From the NCBI GenBank assembly GCA_000320545.1, contig ADNK01002454.1, positions 27,653-91,652 of the forward strand: DNA of 64,000 nucleotides. Reading direction: 5' to 3'. The DNA comes from Bigelowiella natans CCMP2755 (lineage: Eukaryota > Protista > Cercozoa). Within the stretch, counting starts at the first letter, position 1. Each line of letters opens with the position of its first letter. Below, in pieces: positions 30,488 through 45,010 of this stretch. The position numbers were made by a program, and so were the translations under genes. The notes under the pieces were generated by a model. That model did no database searches, had not been told where the DNA came from, and saw nothing but the letters and a program-made list of their open reading frames with translations.

Positions 30488-32443
30488 TCTGTGCGCGTTA
30501 AATCAGGAGTCTTCTCGTGAGATCTAAAGAAGTATCATCATCATCATCATCTATTGAACCAATGGTATCGGTATCACCACCTACATTTCGATGGGACAAT
30601 ACAACTACTACTACTACTACTACTACTACTACACCGAATACAACTGCGGAGTTGAAAGATGATCATCATCATCATGATCCTGTACCTGCCGATACTACTA
30701 CAACGCAACAACGAATAATGCAAAATGTTAGGTATGCTTCATTTAGAAACACGTAGTAATAATAAATAATATTACCATTATTTCTTATTTTAGTTTGATG
30801 GTCCTCTTGATGATGATACATATGGTGCTAGCAAAGTCCTTTCTTGCTTTTTCTTTAAACTATATTCTCTTTATCTATAAAAATGTTAAATCACTATCAT
30901 TATGACCATCGTCATCATCATCAATATTTTACACTCATCACCATCATTGTCAGAGATTCGAGCCATCGTTCTTTGCAGGGTAAAGCACAATGATAATCAC
31001 CATCATTATCATCATCATCATTAATCATCGTTATCATCATCATCCTCGGCATAAAATATTTATATTATAGCATGTATGTGCTGTACACGAAACTAAGCAA
31101 ACAGGTTATCAGACCAAGAAAAAAAACATCAATATTATCGGTCTGAGATGACGACGATGATCATGATGATGATGATGATGATGACAATAACGAGAAATGA
31201 GTAGATAAATTTTGGAATGCTAGTAAGCTCATGAATTGTCTTCTTCACTGCTGATGATCAGGATCACCGACATCAAGCAGCAATGTAAAGAACAAGTATA
31301 TCATCGACTCCTCCTTAAGGAGGAAAGTCTTATCTCCTAGCCACTCTTCAATCAAATCGTTACGACGAACATTAATTAGTAGTAGTAGTAGTAAAAGCAG
31401 CAGCAGCAGCAGCAATAGTAGTACAATTACGGATCAGAGAAGAGGAAAAAGAAGAACCAGGAGAACCAGCCACCGTTATAAAGACGAAAATTTGTGGGTA
31501 GGGACAATATTTTGATCATACCAAATCAAAGCAAACACTGCTGCTGTACACTACAAAATACACACGCACATACGCACAGATATGTCATAATTACATCTGA
31601 TACTTAATCATCATCGTTCGTATTACTTTTTGTTTATTTTAGATTAAGAGGGTATGGGATGAGTACGAGAAAAACGAGGAAAAGGAAGAAGAAAAGGAGC
31701 ACCACAACAAGAAGAAGAACAAGAAGAAGAACAAGAACAAGAAAAATTCCAATCCTGCTGATGATGATATTCAGAGTTCTCACACTACTACCACAACACC
31801 AAAAACAGTAGTGAAAGTAGAAATGGCAAGTAGTAGTAGATCACCACATCCATCTCTGCCATCAATGGTAACAGTATCAAGTAGTAGATTTCATCATCAT
31901 CGTCCGTATCGATTACGAATACGTGAGTCTTTGTCCAAGGGAAGAAGAAGAGGAAGAAGAATAAGTAGAAAGACGACGAATCCTTTGACTTTATCTGCAG
32001 CAATTTCCAAGGAAATGAAGTCAGGTTCATCATCAGTATCTAGTTGTCGCGACGGTGCCGACGAACCATACGAAGAAGAAGAAGAAGAAGAAGAAGAAGA
32101 AGAAGAAGAAAAAGAAAGCAAACAAGCTAACAACAGCGATCATAATGCTGATGATGCTTTCAAGAAATATGACGATGCTGCTAATAGTGATAATGATGAC
32201 AATGACGACGACGGCAACGACGGGAAAAAGTTCTCCTCTCCCCTACGGCTGGCTATAGCTATTGCTCACACACCACGTATGAGTGAACGAATACAGAGTA
32301 GAAATAGTACACCAACGATGAGCGAAGTTGTTTTGAAGACGACGAGGAGCAGCAGCAGTGATACAGCGCCAGCTGCAGAAAAGAACAGGTAGAGGTACTA
32401 CTACTACTACTACTAGTAGTAGTAGTATCATATTGACAACACC

Positions 32444-32478
<35 letters not shown>

Positions 32479-32935
32479 TAGTAATGGTAATAATAATCGT
32501 AAGAGTAACTACAGTTTACAATGCGTAAGTAAGTTTTGCAATTTTTGGTTGACGTATATTTGACAGAATGTTTATTTGTTCCGTAACATATGCTTCTCTC
32601 TCTCTCGCTCTCTCCCTTTCTCTTTTTGTGTGTGTGTGTGCGTATGTGTGTGTAATATCATGGGTGCATTGACGAATCTGATGGTGATCATTATTAGCAC
32701 AAATTATAACGATGATAATGGTGAAGAAGACCGAGCGACGGTGATAATGAAGAAGATGATGCACAATGACGATGCGGAAGGAAAGCATAGTAGCAAAGGA
32801 ATAATGGCCATGGAAAGTATTGTATTTATTGTACTGTTGCTTTCGACCTATAGAATGTTCAAATCTCTCTCTTCTTCACCTTCCTTCTTTCCTTTGTGTT
32901 TCTCTCCAATATCTCTCTCTTATAGACGCAACAGG

Positions 32936-32976
<41 letters not shown>

Positions 32977-35900
32977 GACAGACAGACAGTCAGACATAAA
33001 CACAGCCACAAGCACAAACTTACCTACACCAATTAGGAAAAGGAACAGGCTATTATCAGCATCACTTTCGAAACCAGCATCACCGAGATCGTCGTTACCA
33101 TCATAACCGTCGGCCTTTGGAGCGATCTGTGTCATCAAACTCACTACATAGTAGATATCCCTACTACCATCGTCATCATGGTCATCACCATGGCACCAGT
33201 AGTGTTTTTAGTGATAATGATATTGAGAATGATGATGATGATGCTACTATAAAATTGCGTCGTCATCGTCGTAGTAGTTGTAGTCGCCACGCATCCTCTT
33301 CCAAAGGACGTCGTAGTTTGGGAAAAAACAGTGGAATCCTGCCGCTGAGAAATAGCTACTCGACTACAGAACTTCTTATTCCAAGGGTGGGTAGTTAGTA
33401 GAATTTAGTCTGTAATAGTGAGAGATATTATTATTTGGCCAATTTATAGCTACTCCTTATTGATCTAGTCAGCATCATCATCATCATCATCATCATATTT
33501 ATCTTCATCATTACCATCATCATCATTCAGAGATTACGGAGAATTCAACTCTCCAAGTCACTTAAACAATCACTCATGCAAACAGCAGGTAATAATAATG
33601 ATGATGATGATGATGATGATTACAACGAATACCATGCAGACTACTTTCATCATTCGTTGGCCTGATTGCATTGCCTTCATCACCATCGTCATTGAGTGTT
33701 AATTAAACCATCATCGTCCATATCAATACCCCCGTGAATGCTAAAGTCGTCATCATATAATTGCCTAGACGAAATTCGTTCATCTTCGGCATCACGTCAG
33801 AATTCACGCATACAATCAAGGTGATGTTGTTTAAAGTAGAAGTATTGTTCTTTGCTTGCAGTGGGTATGCATGCTGTTACATACTATTCCTTTTTGTAGG
33901 GCAAATAGTCCAACTGTGTCATCCAGCAGATCTTCGCAGCAATCTCCTAATGTTCCTGGCCAGCTTCTTCAATTTTTACAATCTTCTCATCAAAGTAATC
34001 ATCATCAACAACTTCAAGATTATCATCATCATTTTCCCAGTGATGGTAGTGCTGCTGCAGCTGCTGCTTTGGGGAAGGAAGAACGTTCCTATTCAGTATC
34101 TTCATATTCACGTAATCATACATATGCTCACGATGACGAGCAGTAGTATTATCAGTATTCCTCCTCTTCGTGTAGTTGTAGAATTTTGAAGTAGTAGTTG
34201 CAGGGTCATTCATTGAATCATTTATTATGTCTCGTGTCGTCACTCACTCTGCTGCCGTTTTATATGATGATGCACGTAATTTCCATCTCTTCATGCATTG
34301 TCTGATTGTATCTACAATCTCATCCAACAACAGCACGTCCTCGTCGTTCCCGTAACAACCACTACTACGACGGTGCGCTACGGCATGATTCTTCTTCGCC
34401 GTGCACCACACAAAGACAAGATGCTATACAACTTCCCCAAGCTACAGCTACTACCACTACAACTACTCCTACAAAATTGAATCTTGAGAAAAAGGAGGAG
34501 GAGGCAAAGAGTGCAACTACTACGATGCGTGATGACGATGCCAAAACTCATCATACTGCTACCGCTGCTGGTTCTTTTGCTGCGAATGGTTTTGAGAAGA
34601 AGATCGCGGCTAATTGTTCTCCTGCAGATGGTTTTGAGAAGAAGAGTAGCCCCTCCTCCTCCTCCATTTTAAAGGAAAAGGAGGATGAGGTAGGTATGGA
34701 TGGTTATCTCGATAATGAGGAAGATGGTTTTCATGATAATAATGGAAACATAGAGGAAGAGGAGGAGGAGGAGGAGGAGGAGGAGGAGGAGGAAGGGGGG
34801 GGAGGAGGTTCCTCTTCCACCATTTTGATGATGGAGAAAAAGCAGAAGGATACTTTCCGAGAAGAAAAAAAGCAAGAACAAAACAAAAGAACCAAGGATG
34901 ATAACAACAACAGCAATATTACTGCTGTTACTGCTGCTGCTGATGCTGCCTCGAATACTACTGCTAATGCTACTACTATTGCTACGACGAAGACTACTCG
35001 TGTGGGTGTGACAAAGGAACGTGATAAAGATGATGATGATGATGATGATGATGATGATAATGATAACAATACAGTTACCCAGAAGAAGACTATGTCCTCT
35101 TCCGCCTCTCCCTCTTCCCCCCCCTCCACTTCATACTCCTCGCCATCGTCGCTACTAGTGCGGTGGAGATCATTCTATTTATTTTTACGGTGATAACTCT
35201 TCTACTTCTATAATACCATATTATCATTTGTAAAGTAGCTGATTTTACACCGTCGTATAGATAAGTTATTATGCATGGCACTACTTAAATCTTCCAACGC
35301 ATCCATGACGACTCATTATGATGGTGATGATGATGAAGATGATAAGAAAGACAAATATGGATGGAAACTACTTCGATGCTGATCACGATTTGATGATGAT
35401 GACGATGATACCCCTTGTCAATATCATTATTATTTTCATCACTATCGTCATCATGTGCATTTTTGTACAAATGATGTCTCAATTAGGAAACGGAGAGTTG
35501 CCATGTTTGCTCTTGCTCTTTCGATATCAAGGAATCACATATCTTCAGCAGATGAGTAATGTTGTTATTTCATGCAATGGCTACATTGTTCTCAACTTCT
35601 ACTGCTACTTTTACTACTTATTTCAGAAACATTAAAAACTGTATAACTAATCAATTATTGTGATTTATGAAATGTAACATATCACACCTATAGGGTATCT
35701 ACCCTAACAATACAACATTGATAATAGAACTACAATTATCTAAAAGAGGATAGAATACAATCATTTAAGTATTGCATCCATAACGTGTATAGTAGGGAGG
35801 GAAGGAAGAAGGCCAGGCGTTATTCCTCATCAGCTTCTGCAAAGATATTGTCATCATATCAGCAGCGTATGTACAGGAAATACAACAGTAGCAGCTCAAA

Positions 35901-36237
35901 GCATAATGGGGGATCATATAGTCAATACTTACGCAGTAGTAATCTTCACAATACCCTTCGTGATAGTACAAAGCGTGTGGTTTCGGGACTAGAAGCAGAA
36001 ATAATTGAGGCCTTCAAAGCAAGGTAATGATGATGAAGAAAAGGCCATTTTTACGATGAAAGTGAACCATTGCACTGAAAAGAAGAGAAAAAACTAATTG
36101 GAGAAAACGGATAACCTACTTCGTCCAGTGGTTGCATGATACACCATTTCTACTTACTGCTTTTGATTTTCATATTTGCCGCTAATGAGTTTGCCAATCA
36201 ATGAGTATTCTTATCAATGCCTATCTATCTAATACTA

Positions 36238-36287
<50 letters not shown>

Positions 36288-36712
36288 TATATGAGAATAT
36301 TAACATGTGTATCATGAAAAGGCGGAGGGCAATTAGCCGAGAGACCGTTCTAGGTAATATAATATTATCAATTATGATACCACGGAACAACTTTCATCGT
36401 CACAAAGTTGTACTATTCCCTATAGTCATTATAACACCAGATGGCATGATATTGTTGATATTGTTTTGCAAACAAGGAGGGTGTCTTGCACGATGGCGTG
36501 TTTCCCTAATAGCATCCAAACACAATAGCTTTAGAGGTAACAACTGGGCTATAGTAGATGATGTATGTCGTCTTTACTGTAGTAGTAGTAGCAGTAGATG
36601 TACCTTCTTAGCAAGATAAATGTAACTGGTACTAGGACTACAGTCTACTTCTTGTGACTAATGACTTCATTACTTTGATACTGGTGGTCCCGTACTTGAT
36701 CCATGTTCAATA

Positions 36713-36750
<38 letters not shown>

Positions 36751-39081
36751 TTGTGTTTGTATTATCAGCTTCCATTCTTGTGTCCAAAGCGCTAAACCAA
36801 TGGACTCGAGCTCTCACATATAGGATCCAAACGTATTCCAACCGCTATTAATATATTTTAGTAGTGGTATGATTACGCCTTTGCTAACATTCTGTTGGCC
36901 ATTCTTTCTCTTGATAGATCCGATTCTACGTAGCTCTATTTTATGACTGTAGCATATTATTATAGTATAAATAAGCATCACGTGTTGTTCCTGCGGATGA
37001 ACTTTTGGAAAAGATGGAAAGTCAAATTTAGGTAACATTACTAGTACCACTATTTATTAAAATAAGTCATTATCTTCCAATATAATAACGCATACGTTTG
37101 GTTGTCAAGTTGGATTTCAAATTTACTCAACAATGCATCGTAGTATTTATTCATTTCTACCAAATCAAAACCAGATTTGCTGGAATTTATTCTTGCTTGC
37201 CTCTCCGTGCTAAATGAATGAATAATTCAAAGAATAAAGCACTGCCTCATTTGTTGCTTCAATTAGAATCTGTGAGAAGGGTCATGCTGTACAATCATTG
37301 AGGCGTAAGGTACAAAACGATGCATCATCACCATCACCATCACCATCACCATCATCATTAATGACGCAAAGAGAATGGAAACCAGCGAATAACAACAACT
37401 TGATATTTCCCTTGCACTAACACCTGCAATCAATCTCCTACGTAGAATTTAAAAAAGCATTTTCTTGGAAAGTGGACGGATTTGTTGCAAGCATGGTCGC
37501 AACGAACAACAATAACAACAACAATAGATGTATAATTCATTATGATGCAAATATCTGTTACACGATTGTCCTGCCCCTTACCTTATGAAAGAACTTCGGA
37601 ATATTAAAGTTATCCCTTCTTCTAATCACTTTGGCAAATAATTCAATCATCTTGTTTAGGAGAGCAAAGAATCAATTTCTTCTTGGAAGGTGCCTTATCT
37701 GTGCATTAGTGTATATTCATAATATTGAAGAATATATTAACGTATATAGCGACAACATATATGGTATTATTCGAGAATGATGCTTTGTGAATGTGTGACT
37801 TGATGTCGTATGGTAGAAATATAATAAAAACAACTAGGAACGAAAATACAACTTGTTTAGCTCAAGCATTCGTCGTTTCAAAATACTACGATCAGAAGAT
37901 GGAATGCTTTATTTCCTTACTATTATTCAATGCAAACACACACCACGCACGCACATGCATGTGTGCGTGCATATACATACAAATATCACAAATATCACCC
38001 GTGTATAACTATGTATAGGAAGCGCAGGGGCTTGGGAATGATGAGGTACACCCTACTGAGAGTATAATATCATCATCCGTTTTGCTTCTATCTTATTATC
38101 ATCACCATCATCATCATCATTATCATCATCGTGATTTGTTATATTGTATCACCTGTCACACATTATTTTTCCTATAATCTTCACCATCATTTCTTTATCG
38201 ATAACAAAGATGGTGATGATGTGAAATCAAATATTCACTTAAGAATTCAGAGTTACTGCATTATGATCAGGATGATGTTTGTTTGGTGGTTTGACTCCTA
38301 TCGAATACGACGGTAGGAGTAGTAGTTGTAGTATGTTGAAGAAGAAGAAGAAGAAGAAGAAGAAGAAGAAGAAGAGCAAGAAGAAGAGGGTGATGGATGA
38401 TGTGATGAACAACAACATTATTTTATAAAATGAAAATGCGTAATATGAAGAAGTTAGTTATTTGACGATATAGTCCATATAAGCCTATGATAGCTTTACA
38501 TAAACAGCAATATTTATTCGTTCTATTTACGCAAATTTAGATTCCGTAGAAAATGCGACGAAAGGTGGCAGCGATTGCTGCATCAGGTAAGGAAAGAAGG
38601 AGTGACAATGTTCTTTCATTCATAAAGCTAATAACACCTAATTGCATCAGTCCTAATATTGACTCGTTACAGCATTTAAATCGTTCAAAATTAAAAATGA
38701 CTGGAAGAATTCTGTGCGAGTGGAGGGTATAATGAAGTATTTAGTAGCATTTTAAGTTCCATTAAAACATATGTGCTGCAGCAGCAGTAGCAGCTGTAGC
38801 AATGTAGCCAGTAGTTTTTGCCATGCAAGATCCATCTCTAATTCATCAACTCTCATTATTTTCGCTACCATTTCTACTTTATTCAGAATGCTTTGAAGAC
38901 CCATCTATACTTCAAGCCGTTTCAGGAACTTATTTTTTGGAAAACAAAGGTACAAGGCAAAGCTACAAAGACGATTTATTTGAGTTCTTATACGTCTGGT
39001 CAATATATTAGGCACATAGAAAATAGCCATAGATAGACTTTCTGTTGAGGACGGAGAAGAAACGACATAATCTTAAAAGTA

Positions 39082-39150
<69 letters not shown>

Positions 39151-39655
39151 TGTGTGTGTAAAATCGCAGCTGAAGATATGGAGAATTTATGCGCGACGAC
39201 GTGTAGAAAGAAGGCATCAGAAGGTACTACGTCGTGGCTATATATGAGGATGATGATGATGATGATGAGAAATGTAACTACACCATTACTTCAAACGATT
39301 ATTATATGAATGAGCATAATACTTATTCTTACACGTGAAGCAATTATATGACATAGCTAGGTATATCAATAATGAGAACATAACGTAGATTATGTTGGTG
39401 TGCTCTTTAAGATAATCAATGAGATAGCCATAATACAAAATATATTCTCCTACATTTATTCTCTTTCATTTGTGGCGTCGTCGTCGTCGTCGTTATAAGC
39501 GAAAGGCAGATGTATTTTCCCGTTTGAGGCTTCTTCAAATGTCATTAAAGAGGTAGTAGAGGAAAAGGAAGAAGAAGAAGAAGAAGATATGCATTCGGTG
39601 ATATGGGGTGTTGTTTATTTTTACCAGCAGTATTTATCAGAAAGCAGCATGTAGT

Positions 39656-39692
<37 letters not shown>

Positions 39693-40700
39693 TGTTACTT
39701 TATCTTCATGTTTTATTCGTGCATATGATTCTCTGGAAAGAAATGACTAGATCCTATTCATTTTGAACATCTACCTATCTAAATATTTATAGGTGGTGTG
39801 GGATGATGACGATGATTCGGAAGCAGGAACAACAACTTTCTTCACAGCAGCATCTTCTAATAAGTACTCTTTATGATGGCGGGGCGAAAAACCAAAGAGC
39901 AACTATCGACGCAAACATCAAAATAGGGAATTCAGATCAAAGCAGGTATAACTCTTAGACATCTATCAGTAGGAATACATATGAAACATGTATGCAACCA
40001 CAGGTAAGACATTGTTCCTTGAAAAAGATTTAATTGTCTGCAATTAATTTTATGTAGGGATGTTATGACGCATGATGACCTTTGTATTGAATTTATAGGC
40101 CTTGCCATTACTGTTTTCACAACTATCATTTTTAATCTATCTTCTATTCGTGATTTTCATCACGCCATCATCATCATTATCATCCTTATCATCATTATCA
40201 TCATCATCATCATGATGGCTACGACAGGCTACTGCCTACTGCTACAAGGGGGGTTGCTAAAGCAACAATGGCAGATAGCAGGGTAGTGGTTGTTGTCATA
40301 TTAAATGAGATATTCCCATGGAATTTTTGTCGTACATAAACAAGTAAAGATATAATAATGGTGACTCACGGCTGCTACATTGAAAAGGAAAAAGAATAAT
40401 AAATTGATTAACTATCTAACAAATGCAAATTACTATGTACAACAAACACAAATTAGATGCTGCTGCTATCATAGCCAATACTAGTGAGAATACGCACATT
40501 AAGGTTGTCATGCGCTCTCTACTGAAGCGTTTCCTTCGATCTTGGATTGATATATCTTCGGATTTAAGGAATAAGGTCAAGTTGCTGCATTGTAGTACTT
40601 TTGTATGCTTTGTTGTGGGGATAATATAATGGTATGGCATGATAGCACGGAAGGAAAAGAAGAAAAAGAAGAAGAAGATCTGACTAACATCGTTTTATGA
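10800..40700. repeat. Domain of dense microsatellites ((TA)n, (CA)n, (GA)n, (ATC)n, (TAG)n, (GAA)n, (TTG)n, (GGA)n) in introns and low-complexity exons; similar domains at 42.5-45.1 kb and 54.1-62.6 kb
   Basis: Most introns carry at least one simple repeat, e.g. (TA)n 15409-15480, (TAG)n 21398-21470, (GAA)n 32072-32110. Confidence 0.95.
17082..17478. promoter_or_regulatory. Putative bidirectional promoter (DDX55 / Sfi1-like gene)
   Basis: About 400 bp between divergent ATGs, with an AT-rich core flanked by CpG-containing segments; positional inference. Confidence 0.5.
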
Positions 40701-41176
40701 TGCAGGAAAAGAAAGATCAAGGGAATCAACGTGCAATTGGTATTCTTCGACTAAATCAAAGAAACGAAAATCTTGAATAGAGGATGATTAACAAATGCCA
40801 ATATGCATACGAACATAGTTTAAGTATTTATTTGTGATAAGTGTTTTGTTGATTTACATGAATACTAATATCCTTTGTAATACAAACGGTGAATACGTGT
40901 AATAATGATGTTCTGCGGCTCAGTAGAGGCAAAAGAAGGTCAATATCAACACATTCGAAACGTGGAAAAACGAAGTAAGTCCTTGGACAATCGTGTGGGT
41001 AGACTGTACAGGAGAATCTGGCTACAAAGGTATGTATGTACTAAATGTTGTGGCAATGTACGTGAAATTTATAAATGTTAGCCGATAATAACGATAATAT
41101 ATCATGATAATAAATCAGGTGGGCGCTGGATGCTTGGAGATTTGCTCTACAAATGAGCATGACTAAAGCTCGATAA
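17479..41176 (+). CDS. Very large multi-exon protein (possibly more than one gene) with Sfi1-like centrin-binding repeats at both ends and a long low-complexity middle
   Basis: Small exons with L/F-xx-W-K/R helical repeats: LRKQGFIFQAWTD, ILSIVLRYWRAW, AFLRRSAFTRW, TKKAFGAWRIA, GMHTLNTWRLA, GCLARWRV, VSKALNQWTRA, LKIWRIYARRR, LLKRFLRSWID, LQRWALDAWRFA. Long S/T/D/E/Q-rich exons lie at 23.7-35.2 kb, and the last exon stops at 41176. Confidence 0.6.
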
Positions 41177-41229
41177 ATATTGATGTTGGTTATTATCAAC
41201 TATGTGTTTTGGGTCTTTATTATCAAGCA

Positions 41230-42050
41230 TGTCAAGCTCAAAATCACTTTCCATCTGCATCACATATCATGTGGAGTTTACAATGTCAGTTTCGAGCTCA
41301 GTGAGAAACTGTTGTGACGTACGCGCACATCGCTAGGCGTGTCATTATCACTTGCTATGATCATGATGCGTGATGTATAGCTAGACGTGGTGGGGCTTCT
41401 TCCAACAATTGGCACTACCAGACGTACTACTGGCAGTACTCTGTGCTCGCAGAATGTGCTAGTGTACAAAATACACGCACGTGATTCAAACATTGCATGT
41501 AGCTTACTAGCTAGTGCTTTTACATGCAAACCCAAAGTTCAGACTGCCACATTTAGACATTTGGCTCAGCATTTCTGATCTAGAACTATGAGCTAGCATT
41601 ACCGCAACGCATATCTGTGATTGCATGTAGCATGCTAGCATGCGTAAGTTTACTATACCGTCAAGGCGTGCACGCACCAACGCGCGCACCGCGAGCGAAT
41701 CAAATGAAGCCATGTTTAGTGCATGTGCATCAAAAATGGTGATCGACGTACATCGATCGCTAGTCTATAGATCATTGCCGTGTGATTGCATGTTTTGGTG
41801 ACTGACTGCAGGATTGAGAGTGCTAGCTAGCTAGAGTACACATGTTATGAGTAATGTGACATATGTAACAAACACATAGTATAACGTTGTCTAAATGGAC
41901 ACAGTAATGTGATATGTGCAATGCATACATAATGTAAGGTTGTCTACTTGCGCCCCTTGCATGCAGGCTTCCAAATAGCCGTAGTTTTCAATCACCCCCA
42001 TTGCCCATGCACAAGGGTAGAACAACCTAGCATTCAGCTAGACCATCTTG
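41230..42050. other. TpA-depleted, CTAG-rich intergenic island 3 (partial depletion)
   Basis: Lies between convergent stops at 41176 and 42234. Contains gctagc, gcatgc, cacgtg and (CTAG)n, and none of the microsatellites that fill the flanking introns. Confidence 0.75.
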
Positions 42051-42233
42051 TGGTTTTATAGCTTTTAGTAAATATATTATCATTTCTAACGTGAAACCAA
42101 TCTTCAAATAAAAAAATAGGTTCTGATATATTGCGACAATCTATACATCTTATACTTCATATGCTATATTTCCCACCGTGCTCGCTGAAAACTATGGTTG
42201 TCTCATCATCGTCTATACGTACTAATTCTACTT

Positions 42234-44052
42234 TCAAACACCAATATACTCCGCAATGTGAATCGCTATCGGATCAAGCTCCTTCCTATTTAGTCCATAT
42301 CTATTTATTAACAATACCGAGATTGATCATCACTCTATCACATCACTGGTGAATAAGAAACACTTCTGATAATATAAACGGCCACCCTTCTTTCTTGATC
42401 AAAACAACTTTTATTACTTTTTCAGCTTGATAGACAGCTCCTGCCTTCTTTTCTTCCGATATCTCTGTACCAACTAGAAGAGAGTAACATTTGGAAACTA
42501 TCATTATTTAATAGATTTAATGGAGGAGAAGACGTGCACACGTGTCCATAGTGACTACTCCATGTGCATTGTACAATAGAGTAGTAGTAGTATTAGTAGT
42601 AGTAGTAGTAGTAGTAGTAGTAGCAGTAGTAGAGAAGATCTGTGACAATTGTGCAGCAGCAGTGCCTCAAAGCCTGGAAAGAGCTTACATGCTTCTAAAG
42701 CTACCATCCGTTTAAAAGAGTTATTTAGTGGTTGCCCTCCTCGTTGTTGTGGCTTTTCTTCTACCTTTTTCACGCTTCCTGTAAGCTGGTTACTCTTTAT
42801 ATGCCGCATCACCACCACCACCACCACCAGTAATCATAAAACACGAGAAACAGATCAGCAGCACCAACATATGTTCGGCAGTTAATCGAAAATGGTTTTT
42901 ATAACCCCCCCCCCCCCCCCCCCCCCCCCCCTCTCTCCCTCCCTCTCTCTCTCTCTCTCTCTCTGGTAAAAGGTTCTCAAGGTAGCCTTACTACGGCGGC
43001 TTTTACACATAGTGAAACAACTGCGTAGGCCTAATTCAACTATTACTACTTTATGGAGATATATCAACTGGGATGGATATACATCATCATACTTTGTGAA
43101 TAAACAATTTTGGTATTTTGGCAGTAATAAATCATTTTAGATTATAAATACTGTCATTTCTAAGTTACCTGTTCCATCGAGTCGATAATTGAATAGTATT
43201 GGCCGCTCTAATGAATCATACAAGATAGCCCACATTACGAAGTAGTCGTAGTAACAAGAAGAAAATATTGAAAAAGGTACTCATCGTTCTAAATCCATTC
43301 CTTTAATGTTGTAATAAGTGTATTGTGGCAATAGTTGTGCAGTGAACACATTATTGAATGTAGCACCATAACAAGTTGTACATAGATAGGAGTAAAGGAG
43401 TCCCAACACCTGTTGTGTGCTGTTCTGCTGTGATTTTGTTCCCTTGCGCTCTTCCCCATCTTTTGAGATCATGGGAGAAGAAGAGGAAGACCGGCTCCAA
43501 CAGACAGCTAACTCTATTGGTGTGCCTTTCTCAAGTAGTATCTTTACACAATCTTGAAATAATTGTAGTACCACAAGCACCATAGAGAAGTAATATTATC
43601 AATAGTTGTAGTGCCAGCTGTAAATGATGATTGCAGAGAATTGTAATTCAGCAACAAGAACAACAAACTGTAAATGATAATTTCAAAGAATTGTAATTCA
43701 ACAACAAGAATAAGGAACAAGAACACCGTCATCGTGGAAATCAAGGTGATGATAATATATATGGTCATTGCATAGTGGGTATAATACTTACCAACATTGC
43801 CTCTCTTTATTGCGACAAAAAGGGGGTTTGTATTCCAACCACCTTCTCCAAAACTCTCACATAACATTTTCCCATTATTCTCTGCAACTCTATGCTCTAA
43901 TAGCAAACCAAGTGCCTCCGCTAATTCAGAATATGAGCAATAAATAACAGGCAAGCTCAACAAATATAGAGTCGCATACGCATCGGACAAGTACATGCGT
44001 ACAGTGGCAAAAAGCCTACGTTTGACATTTGCAACGTGAGCATAGCACTTCA

Positions 44053-44083
<31 letters not shown>

Positions 44084-44093
44084 TATTAATCTC

Positions 44094-44159
<66 letters not shown>

Positions 44160-44970
44160 GAGAAATAGCGTAAGCAGACCGTTTCCACGGTATGTCGCAT
44201 TCATCGCTAAGTCCAGAAGAGCTTGTAGTGGAAGTAAATCATCTTGTTGTGACAACCATTTTCTAAAAGCCCCACTTCTTTTACAAATCATACGACACAA
44301 GTAGTCAGCCATTAAGCGGAACAGGATCTTTACATATATATATTATTTAGGCTACATTAACGCTAAAACTATATTTTAATAATATTATTATTCAGTATGA
44401 ATGCTATATGCGTGCAGCAATGATAAGTTCCAACAATAATAACGTTTGGCAAAACTTGCTTCAAAAATCGTGAAATACTTTTTTTCGCATATCATTCGTA
44501 TGGGAACAGAGTTTGCTGTGATGTGGCGATTTCTGCGCATGGATGCAGTTCGTGTTGCTGCTGGTAGTAGCCAATAGCGGTAGTAGCCAATAACTCCCAA
44601 TGTTCCGAATCCGAGAGACAACAAGATGGAAGTAATAATGACCAATTCATTATCACCGCATACTTCTACAGCCGGGGAATCGTCGTTGATCAAATTTTTT
44701 TTTTCATCTCCCCAAAAAGTAGAGCACAAGGTGGAAATGCAACCTGAAAGACGGCAAGGGTGACGACTACGAGTTCCAAATCTTCATGCATGTGAACACA
44801 TTCCATTTTGCAATAACTACCATACAATCCACTCCTAGGTGCTGACTGGAGAGAGCCCATCGTCGTTGTGATCGTATTGTTGGCTGCCTCTGTGAACCCT
44901 AGGGAAGAGGAGGAGATGATGGATGATGAGAAAGATGATTCACCGGAAGAAAGAAAGAATGAGCGGCATC
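42234..44970 (-). CDS. Probable single-pass membrane protein with an ankyrin-like repeat, multi-exon
   Basis: TM segment LVIITSILLSLGFGTLGVIGYYRYW; ankyrin-like GWNTNPLFVAIKRGNV...DCVKILLEKG; terminal exon YGLNRKELDPIAIHIAEYIGV-TGA. The start is uncertain. Confidence 0.55.
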
Positions 44971-44972
44971 AA

Positions 44973-45010
<38 letters not shown>

